A stretch of 41,464 nucleotides of DNA from a virus. Lineage: Duplodnaviria > Caudoviricetes. Position 1 is the first letter of the stretch, and each line of letters opens with the position of its first letter. A model generated the notes under the pieces. The model was given only the letters and a program-made list of their open reading frames with translations, had not been told where the DNA came from and ran no database searches. The stretch spans positions 1 through 41,464 of the IMG/VR virus record IMGVR_UViG_3300011334_000144; one strand, given 5' to 3'. Position numbers and translations under genes: made by a program. Below are positions 24,940 to 33,600 of this stretch, one piece after another.

Positions 24940-25256
24940 CCTAGTAATGCTGAGAGTTTCCTGAGAAATAATTGTGTGCCCCCTGAGAGTTTCCTTAGTG
25001 CTGGGGGATAGTCGGTAAATAGGTAAATCACTTAATCGCTAAGCAGACTTATAGATTTATCGACAATTCACATAACCCTAACCCTATACTAGAGACTTAG
25101 ACAGTTTGACCCCAGATTGTTTAATTTGGGTGCTGGGGTCGGATATAGTATCCCACAAAAAATTTCTGTTATATTATATCAGTAGCCCCCCTATATATAG
25201 CCCTGACCAGGGCTTTTAAAATATATTCACTTTGGTTGTTCGGTTTTGCGATTTGA

Positions 25257-25350
25257 ACAGGTTATCTTATATGTATAGAAATACATATACGGAGTCGCTC
25301 CGTTTAAGACTCCGCGACTCCTATATATTATATAATATATTATATATATG
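25257..25350 (+). promoter_or_regulatory. AT-rich island with a GC hairpin upstream of terminase (element B)
   Basis: tatatgtat-agaa-atacatata, then ggagtcgc..tttaag..gcgactcc (25291-25321), then a TA tract. Confidence 0.55.
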
Positions 25351-25408
25351 GGGAAGTTCTGCCGTTAATCGGCTAGCGTTAAATGACTGTAAATGATGGG
25401 GACAACTG

Positions 25409-27277
25409 ATGGGTAGAAAACCTGGGATTCAGAATATCCCTAAGCGCGAGGCGCAAGAAAAGGCCCTGCAGCAACTGAGTCAGGGTAGCACGATTACCCA
25501 GGCTATGGCCTCTGTAGGCCGCTCAGATGTAGCCTTCCGCCAGTGGTGTGCAACAGATGTTGAGTTCAAAGCCCGTGCCGAGGCTGCTCGCCTCGAGGGT
25601 AAAGGCATCAAGACTGACCTAAAAGAACTGGGCGATATATCCTTTCCCGACTTCTCTGAGCAGTTCCTGGACACTAAGCTTTTCGAGCATCATCTTGACT
25701 GGGTAGATTTGATTGAGGGCCGCGAGCCCCGCTGGTTGGATTCAGCCATGACCTACGAGCCAGGGGCTGCCAACCGTGTCCTAATTAACGTGCCACCTGA
25801 GCACGCCAAGTCCACAGTCATTACGACTAACTACGTCGTTTACAAGATTGTGACTAACCCCAACGCCCGAGTCATCATTGTTTCTAAGACTCAGGGTATG
25901 GCCCGCAAGTTCCTTGGGGCAATTAAAACTAGACTTTCCCACCCAGCCTACACCAAGTTACAAGTGGCCTTCGGCCCCAACGGTGGATACAAGGCGGATT
26001 CAACACAATGGTCTGCCGACATGATTTACTTAGGTACAGGCCGCGACTCTGGCGAGAAGGACCCTACGGTCCAAGCCCTAGGTATGGGCTCTCAGATTTA
26101 CGGTGCACGTGCTGACCTAATTATAATCGACGATGCTGTCATGGGCTCCAACGCTCACGAGTGGGAAAAGCAGCTCGAGTGGATTCAAAAAGAAGTTATT
26201 ACACGTCTTGGACGACATGGTAAATTAATTATCGTTGGCACTCGAGTTGCACCAATTGACCTGTATAAAATGCTGCGCGACCCTCAACAGTGGTCTGGTG
26301 GCAAATCACCCTTTACTTACTTTGCAATGCCTGCCGTACTTCAGTTTGACGAGAAGCCTGATAACTGGAAGACGCTGTGGCCTAAAACCACAATGCAGGA
26401 GAACGAGATTGATGAGCCTGACGAAAATGGACTTTATCCGAAATGGGATGGACCCTCGCTCTTTACGCGCCGCTCTGAGGTTGCACCATCTGTTTGGGCT
26501 ATGGTCTACCAGCAAGAAGACGTACAGTCCGATTCTATATTCTCGCCAACAGCAGTTGCAGGATGTGTCAACGGTATGCGAAAGCGCGGACCGCTTAAAC
26601 CAGGTACTCCAGGGCACCCGCGCAGCGGAAACTCTACATACACCGTAATTGGTTTTGACCCTGCCGTATCTGGGCGTTCTGCGTTCGTAGCTGTATCTTA
26701 CAACCGCGATGATGGTAGAATCTATGTACTTGACTGCGTCAACATGTCAGACCCTACTCCTCAAAAGGAGAACGCTCTGATTCGTGAGTGGGTCGAACGT
26801 TATCACCCGCAAGAGTTTCGTGTTGAAATTAACGCACACCAGAAGTACTACGCTATGGATACTGACCTGCGTAACTATCTGGCTACTTATGGTTGTCAGT
26901 TAAACTCACACTTTACTGGTAAAAACAAATGGGACACATCCTTTGGTGTAGCATCTATGTCTAGCCTTTTTGGTACTATGCATGATGGTCGATACCAAGA
27001 CAATGGTCTAATCGAACTGCCAAGTAACGAGGGCTCTGAGGGACTTAAGTCTCTTGTACAGCAACTGATTACTTGGAAGCCAGATACCAAAAATCCCACT
27101 GACTGCGTTATGGCTCTATGGTTTGCTATCATTCGCATACGCGAATTGATGCAACAGTCTTCACAGGTCGGTCAGTATCAAACAAACCGCTGGGCAACCA
27201 GAGCACAAAAACAACAACGCATGTCACTTAATCTTGACGAGGCTTTTGCTGAGCAATGGGTTGACACTTACGGTTAG
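25409..27277 (+). CDS. terL: Terminase large subunit with N-terminal HTH-like extension
   Basis: Walker A variant INVPPEHAKST, Walker B LIIIDD, coupling motif VGTR, YQQE, RNase H-like GFDPA and DCVMA. Confidence 0.92.
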   Translation: MGRKPGIQNIPKREAQEKALQQLSQGSTITQAMASVGRSDVAFRQWCATDVEFKARAEAARLEGKGIKTDLKELGDISFPDFSEQFLDTKLFEHHLDWVDLIEGREPRWLDSAMTYEPGAANRVLINVPPEHAKSTVITTNYVVYKIVTNPNARVIIVSKTQGMARKFLGAIKTRLSHPAYTKLQVAFGPNGGYKADSTQWSADMIYLGTGRDSGEKDPTVQALGMGSQIYGARADLIIIDDAVMGSNAHEWEKQLEWIQKEVITRLGRHGKLIIVGTRVAPIDLYKMLRDPQQWSGGKSPFTYFAMPAVLQFDEKPDNWKTLWPKTTMQENEIDEPDENGLYPKWDGPSLFTRRSEVAPSVWAMVYQQEDVQSDSIFSPTAVAGCVNGMRKRGPLKPGTPGHPRSGNSTYTVIGFDPAVSGRSAFVAVSYNRDDGRIYVLDCVNMSDPTPQKENALIREWVERYHPQEFRVEINAHQKYYAMDTDLRNYLATYGCQLNSHFTGKNKWDTSFGVASMSSLFGTMHDGRYQDNGLIELPSNEGSEGLKSLVQQLITWKPDTKNPTDCVMALWFAIIRIRELMQQSSQVGQYQTNRWATRAQKQQRMSLNLDEAFAEQWVDTYG

Positions 27278-27285
27278 GAATAATC

Positions 27286-27522
27286 ATGGCAGGAAGTATA
27301 GGAAATATCGGCGGACCAACACCATCTACTCGCCGCCAGGGTGGCATCATGGGCATTGGTGGACAAAATGTTAATCCAACTTATAAAAATCAAGGTCCAT
27401 CAATTGCTTCAAGAATTAAAAAATTATTTGAAGATAAGCCAAAGTACACATCTGAGGAAATTGTAGAAAATAAAAAACTGCAAGCACAAATTGATGCTGC
27501 TTCTAAAAAGAAGAACAAATAA
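27286..27522 (+). CDS. Small Gly/Lys-rich protein
   Basis: RBS ttagga; GIxGxGGxxV motif shared with the next gene. Confidence 0.7.
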   Translation: MAGSIGNIGGPTPSTRRQGGIMGIGGQNVNPTYKNQGPSIASRIKKLFEDKPKYTSEEIVENKKLQAQIDAASKKKNK

Positions 27523-27824
27523 TTTTTTGACACTACGTTAGGATACCAATGGCAAAGTCAGCAGACGCAGCAAAACTAGAAGCAGAAAAGAGAGCAGCAA
27601 AAAATAAAGCCTTAGCACTTTCCGCTAAAGGTAAATTACAAACTCCAACAGCAGAAGCGGCACGCCGTGCTCCAAACAAAGAAACGGTAAGAATTCGTAC
27701 TAACCCTGGCATTTCAGGTAAGGGGGGTTCAATGGTTGGCGGACTATATAGGCCTATGGGCGGCGGCGGAATAAACCAATACAACAAATAATTTTTTTAA
27801 TACTACGTTAGGATACCAATGGCA
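27514..27824 (+). repeat. ~41-bp direct repeat flanking ORF 27549-27791
   Basis: aacaaataatttttt..actacgttaggataccaatggca at 27514-27554 and 27783-27824. Confidence 0.9.
27549..27791 (+). CDS. Small basic Gly-rich protein
   Basis: Same translation-initiation region as the portal gene. Confidence 0.7.
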   Translation: MAKSADAAKLEAEKRAAKNKALALSAKGKLQTPTAEAARRAPNKETVRIRTNPGISGKGGSMVGGLYRPMGGGGINQYNK

Positions 27825-29585
27825 TTATCAATGGAACAAGTTGCGGCAAGAGTTGAAAACCTTCGCTTCCGCAACGCAGAACGCGATGGTCGCAACCTCG
27901 ACGTTCTTGCTGTCCGTAAGGGCAACATTGCATCTGTCTATCCTGATTTTTTCCCAGACGGAGTAGATGCTAATGTAGTTGCAAACTTTATTGACATTGT
28001 CGCACGCGACTTGTCAGAAGTTATGGCACCACTGCCTGCAGTCAACTGTTCTGCTGCCAACTCTGTTTCAGATAGAGCACGTCAGTTTGCTGACAAGCGC
28101 ACACGTATTGCATCTAACTACTTCTCGCACTCTGACCTTTCAGTAGCGATGTACCAAGGTGCTGACTGGTACCTAACCTACGGTTTCCTCCCATTCTTTA
28201 TTGAGTTGGATGAGGAAGCAAAGATGCCACGCATCCGCCTAGAAAACCCACTGGGTGCTTACCCAGAATTCGACCGCTACGGACGCTGCATTGCCTTTGC
28301 AAAACGATACATGACTTCTTTAGCAGAGCTGGTCTCGTTGTTCCCTGAGTACGAATACTCCTTGCTAGGTGGCCACGGCTACCGCCAGGATTTAAATACT
28401 CAGATTGAAATGATTCGCTACTTTGACAAAGACCAATCAATTATCTACATTCCTACAAAGGATAACCTAGTACTATCACGTGCTAAGAATCCATTAGGCA
28501 AGATGATGGTTGTAGTGGCACGCAAGCCGTCTATTGATGATGAACTACGTGGACAGTTTGATGATATCTTAGGTATCCAATTGCTTCGTAATCGCTTTGC
28601 GTTACTTGCAATGGAAGCTGCAGAGAAGTCAGTACAGTCTCCTATTGTACTTCCACAAGATGTACAGGAACTACAACTAGGTGGAGATGCTGTTATTCGT
28701 ACAGCAAACCCAGCAGGTGTTCGTCGTGTAGAACTTAATATTCCAGCAGGCGCATTTACCGAGCAAACACTTCTTAATCAAGAGTTACGTGTTGGTGCTC
28801 GTTATCCTGAGTCACGTACTGGTAATGTTAACGCATCTGTTGTTACTGGACAAGGTGTACAAGCTCTTATGGGAGCCTTTGATACACAGGTTAAGTCAGC
28901 ACAAGCAATCTTTGCATCGGCTCTACGCGATGTAATTAGCATTTGTTTTGAAGTAGATGAATTAATTTTCCCACAAGAAAAGACAATTCGTGGAGTTGAC
29001 TCAGGCTCGCCTTACGAAATTACATATAATCCACGCAAGGATATCAAGGGTGATTACTCAGCCGATGTTCGTTATGGAATGCTTGCAGGTCTTAACCCTG
29101 CACAGGGACTTATCTTTATGCTACAGGCACTTGGTGGTGGGCTCATCTCCAAGGACATGGCAATGCGTGAACTTCCATTTACAGTTAACGTAACTCAAGA
29201 ACTAGAAAAGATTGAAATCGAGAATATGCGTCAGTCATTACTCGGTTCCATTACTGCACTCTCTCAAGCGATACCACAGATGGCAATGCAAGGCCAGGAC
29301 GCTTCTGAAGTAGTGCGTCAGATTGCTGCTGTCATCAAGGCACGCCAAAAGGGACAGGCACTAGAAGACGTCATTGAAGAAGTCTTTAGCCCGCAGCAGC
29401 AACCAGTTCCTCCTGCTGGGGAACCACAAGCGGTTGAGCAACCGTCCCCTGTTCCCGCTGGCACTCCAGCAGGAGGCGCTACTCCTCAGATTGAAGCAGC
29501 ACCACCTGACATTATGAGTTTGCTATCAGGTATTACTGGTGGAGGAACACCAACAGCAAGCGTTCGTTCAACACGACGTTTATAA
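27819..29585 (+). CDS. Portal protein
   Basis: 588 aa, follows terL, helical, with a P/Q-rich low-complexity C-tail as in podovirus-type portals. Confidence 0.8.
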   Translation: MALSMEQVAARVENLRFRNAERDGRNLDVLAVRKGNIASVYPDFFPDGVDANVVANFIDIVARDLSEVMAPLPAVNCSAANSVSDRARQFADKRTRIASNYFSHSDLSVAMYQGADWYLTYGFLPFFIELDEEAKMPRIRLENPLGAYPEFDRYGRCIAFAKRYMTSLAELVSLFPEYEYSLLGGHGYRQDLNTQIEMIRYFDKDQSIIYIPTKDNLVLSRAKNPLGKMMVVVARKPSIDDELRGQFDDILGIQLLRNRFALLAMEAAEKSVQSPIVLPQDVQELQLGGDAVIRTANPAGVRRVELNIPAGAFTEQTLLNQELRVGARYPESRTGNVNASVVTGQGVQALMGAFDTQVKSAQAIFASALRDVISICFEVDELIFPQEKTIRGVDSGSPYEITYNPRKDIKGDYSADVRYGMLAGLNPAQGLIFMLQALGGGLISKDMAMRELPFTVNVTQELEKIEIENMRQSLLGSITALSQAIPQMAMQGQDASEVVRQIAAVIKARQKGQALEDVIEEVFSPQQQPVPPAGEPQAVEQPSPVPAGTPAGGATPQIEAAPPDIMSLLSGITGGGTPTASVRSTRRL

Positions 29586-29599
29586 AATAGGAGGGGACA

Positions 29600-30145
29600 A
29601 TGACAACAATTGTTGGTGTGCAACTAGAACACGGCTGTGTCATTGTCAGCGATAGTAGAATCGCAGCAGGCGGTAAAGTTTATACACATTCTGATATGGT
29701 AAAGGCAGTTGAACGTGGAAGTTACATTATTTCTGGTGCTGGTGACTATCGTGCTCTACAAGTGGTACTCCACGGGTGGACGCCTCCACTAGTTACAGTT
29801 AAAGCAAAAGCAAACTTATATGAATTTATGATTAATAAAGTCGTACCAAGTCTCAAAGCCTCGCTAACTGAAGCTGGTGTAGATTTAGTAAAGTCATCAA
29901 ATGATTCAGATGACAAGTTTGAACTTAATCTTTTAATTGCAATTAATGGAACAATCTTTGAGATTGATTCTGATTTTGCAGTTGGCATGAATAACACAGG
30001 TTTTTATGGCATTGGCTCTGGCGGAGATTTCGCTGTAGGAGCATTACATGCTGGCGCAGGTACATTAGATGCAATGCGAATTGCAGCATTAAACAATAAC
30101 GAGACGGCTCCGCCGTTTCATATTCTTGAACAAGAAACTAAGTAG
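29600..30145 (+). CDS. HslV/proteasome-beta-like Ntn threonine protease
   Basis: M-T-T-I-V-G start (Thr1), SDSR, K~33, SGAG and GIGSGG..A.GAL motifs. Confidence 0.85.
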   Translation: MTTIVGVQLEHGCVIVSDSRIAAGGKVYTHSDMVKAVERGSYIISGAGDYRALQVVLHGWTPPLVTVKAKANLYEFMINKVVPSLKASLTEAGVDLVKSSNDSDDKFELNLLIAINGTIFEIDSDFAVGMNNTGFYGIGSGGDFAVGALHAGAGTLDAMRIAALNNNETAPPFHILEQETK

Positions 30146-30153
30146 GAGGAACA

Positions 30154-30606
30154 ATGGCTGTAGAAAATCGTGGTGGCGCCAATGGCGGTCCACAGTATAA
30201 TCCTGCTAATGTTTCTGGTACTGGTGGAGCAGGTCAATCAGGTCGCGCAGCATCTGGTTATGCCTATGGCATGAATAAGCAAATTAACGAGCAAGCATCA
30301 GCAGCTCCTATGGCTAAGGCTATGACAGTTGCAGCAGCACGTCCTATGAATGTTGCTCCAGAACAACCTGCAGTTACTCCTCTCACTGCTCCAACAATGA
30401 ATCCTGATGAGCCAGTAATGGCTGGTATTAACATGGGCGCTGGTCCTGGTTCTGAAGCTCTTATGCTTCCTAGCAATAATGATAATGCTGCTCAGTTTAA
30501 TAAGAGCATTGAGTCATATTATCCAGTTTTAAGTTTTGTAGCATCTCGTGAAAATACATCCCCTGAAACAAGGCGTGCACTAGCAATCTTGATGATTGGG
30601 GTATAA
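30154..30606 (+). CDS. Hypothetical low-complexity virion/ejection protein
   Basis: G/A/P-rich; RBS aggagg. Confidence 0.7.
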   Translation: MAVENRGGANGGPQYNPANVSGTGGAGQSGRAASGYAYGMNKQINEQASAAPMAKAMTVAAARPMNVAPEQPAVTPLTAPTMNPDEPVMAGINMGAGPGSEALMLPSNNDNAAQFNKSIESYYPVLSFVASRENTSPETRRALAILMIGV

Positions 30607-33600
30607 TGAGTATCTGGAACCGTATCGGTGACCTTGCGAAAGGAACCAGAGACTGGGGCCTTGATGTTGCCCTTTCACTTCCAGTTATCTCAGTTCCTAA
30701 GTTTGCCTGGGATATTGCAACTGCTCCTTGGAATGATAGAGAAGAATACAATGGTGTTCTTAGCACATTCAAGCAAGCATCTATTGACCTAGGTAAGAAT
30801 ACTCTTCGCCCTATTGGTGGAGTTCTTGCTGCAGTTGAAGTTACCAACCGTAACTTACTACGCGAACCTTTATCTGCTGTTACTCTTTTTGCGCAGAACA
30901 AAGGCAATGAGTCTATTTCTGAGTCTTGGAAAAAAGCGTGGGAAGCACGTAATGAAATTTCTTTTGGTCAGGCATTAACATCTCAGTTTGGCCAGGCTTT
31001 ATCTTTCCTGCCAGACGACCTGACTCCAACATTTATGGATTCAGATTTTGACATCTATGATGATAAACAACGTGAGGCTGCATTTAATGACAGTCTTATG
31101 GGCAAGGGAATCTCTGGTACCATCGATACAATTACGCAGTTTGCTGCAGATGTATCTATCGTAGGTGGAAAGTTTGTTGCAACTGCACGTGCTGCAGATT
31201 CAGCCAAGGATGCAATTGTTGCTTTGCGCGAAGTACGCTCTGGTATTCCAACAACAAACCCTCTTGCTAAAAAATATGATTTGCTAGCTGATGATTTTGC
31301 AAAGAACGATATTGCATGGGCACAAAATCACCCTTGGGTTAAGGGCTCTAATAACCAGGCTACAGTATCATACCTTCTTGGAACTACTGCAACTAAAGAA
31401 GAAGCAATCAATACTATGCTTGCAGTTATGGGTGACAAAAGTGGTGTAGATATTCTTGATACACTAAATCGTCCAGACATTGCTGCACCTTTGCGTATTG
31501 CAAATGGCGAATTATCAATGAGTGATTACAAGGTACTTCTTAACGAAGAAGCAAAACTTGTCACAGATACAACTGATGATATGCTGCAATTTGCACTACG
31601 CTCACCAGAAGAAATTCAGGCTGACCGTGATTTTATCTCAGCATGGGCTAAGCATGACCGTTATGTAGACACATTGCTAGGAATTGCAGAAGAACCAGCA
31701 ATGGTTGAAGGCGTTTCTAAGATTGGTCAAGCTACTGGTAAGTTTTTGGCTACTGCTCGTAGCGTTCCGTATCACTCGAATGCAGTCGCTGATGCAAAAG
31801 TTACAATGTATCAGCCAACTCCATTCCATAAGTTGTACTACAAGGTAACTTGGGGACAACGTGAGCGTCCAAGTGGCGTCATTAACCTTAATGAAGGTGA
31901 CTCTATCCGTGAAGTGACAGCCGTCACAGACCGATTGATTCAGTTATCTAAGGTTATGCCAAAGAATCCTGCTGCTTTTATCACAAAAGCACAAGAAGGA
32001 ACCTTTACAAACGTAGACGCTATTTCATATGTAGAACGATATGCTGCTGCTAGCACTCCAGAAGCACGCGCTCGTGTAATTAATGAGTTAGAGCAGACTG
32101 GTTATAGAATTATTGCTGCAAAGCACGGGCTTACTGCACAAGATGCAGAAGACCTTTTTAATTATCACACACAATTGCGTGCTGGTAAACTACGTGAATC
32201 CAAAGAAGAAGGATTTATGTGGGACCATGAACTTAATCAAATGATTAAGGTGCCATTGTTTGAATCTCAGACAGCAAACTTCTTGCCTATTGCAGATTTT
32301 GATACAATTGATGCAGTGATTAAGCAAAACAATAGTGCATTGCGTGCCGTTGCTGGTAGCGTACATGATAAGATTGCGCTAACCTCTGACCTTTGGAAGG
32401 CTGCAGTTCTTCTGCGCCTTGGATATCCTATCCGTAACGCAGTTGACTCACAGTTACGCATCTGGGCTACAGTTGGAGCCATGGCATCTCTTCGCCATGC
32501 AGGTGAAGGTCTAAGAGACCTAGTTGACAATACACGTGCAATGAAGAAGCGCATGGTTGATAACTATAATGCTCCAGGTGCAACAGATTACAAGAAGGTT
32601 AAGGGTGAACTTCAGTTAACTGGTGCTGAAATTGCACGACTTACTAAAGAAGTAGAAGCACTTGACGCACGTCTTATATTAGAGCCAGATAATGCAGATG
32701 TAATCGGTGAATTGGTTGTTAAGCGCAAGGCGCTAGAAACAGCAAATGCCGTTTATGATTCCAACAATGCAACGCTGACAAAACTTGAGCAAGCAAAGGT
32801 AGCATCTCGCAAGAAGCGTATTGGCGAGAAAGATATTGACCTTGCATCTACAGTAGATGGCGTTGATGGCAAAAAGTATACAGTTTATGGTGCATTTGGT
32901 GGACCTAATGGTGGATTGTTCCGTGAGTTAAACTCATCACAACAGACATTCTACTCATTGATGGAAGATTACTCTACAATCTATGGTGCTAATGTAGCAA
33001 GCAAGGGTCGTGGAGCAGTTCGTCCTGGTGATGTTAACTATTACCAAGAGTGGACAAATGCTATCAATGAAACATTTGCTAATGCTGTTGTACCTCGTGG
33101 TCTTATGGCTGGTAAGTCAGTTGATGAAGTAGCCAAAGAATTAGCCGAGAACAAAGAACTACGAGCACGTCTTGGCATTGCCCGTGCAGACTCTTTGGAG
33201 TATGTAGTTACAGCGCAGAAGTTCCTCGACAACTATATCCCTGATGGATATGGCATTCGCGAGAAGATTATGTCAGCACTTCCTGGCGAAGAGGCTGGTA
33301 AGGTTACAGAAGACTTCCTTCGTAACGCAGTACGTGACCCTAATGCGCTACCTATTGTGCATGGTCACCTGCTAGAAGCAAACATGAATCTAAAGCCACG
33401 TGCTATTTCACGTCAGATTACAAGTTCTCTATTCAAGTACCTAGCACAGATACCTGAAGATAATTGGGCGCGTCACCCACTATTTATTGACTTATATGAA
33501 AAGTCACTACAGAAGCGTCTTGAAACAGCAGAGTTTCTAAAGGGTGGAACATTCTCTCGTGAAGAGTTTGCTGACCTACAATATAAGTTAACTGCTGGCG

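Larger units (their letters stand above)
24672..24999. repeat. 11-bp-phased CTGAGA (TCTCAG) direct repeats
   Basis: CTGAGA at 24672, 24683; 24882, 24893, 24904; 24950, 24961, 24983. Confidence 0.85.

Noticed and set aside
24672-24999. CTGAGA repeats as a CRISPR or mini-array
   Set aside because: Units are 6 bp in 11-bp phase with no spacer-sized unique sequences. No cas operon is present, and the Cas4-like gene fits an ordinary phage exonuclease.
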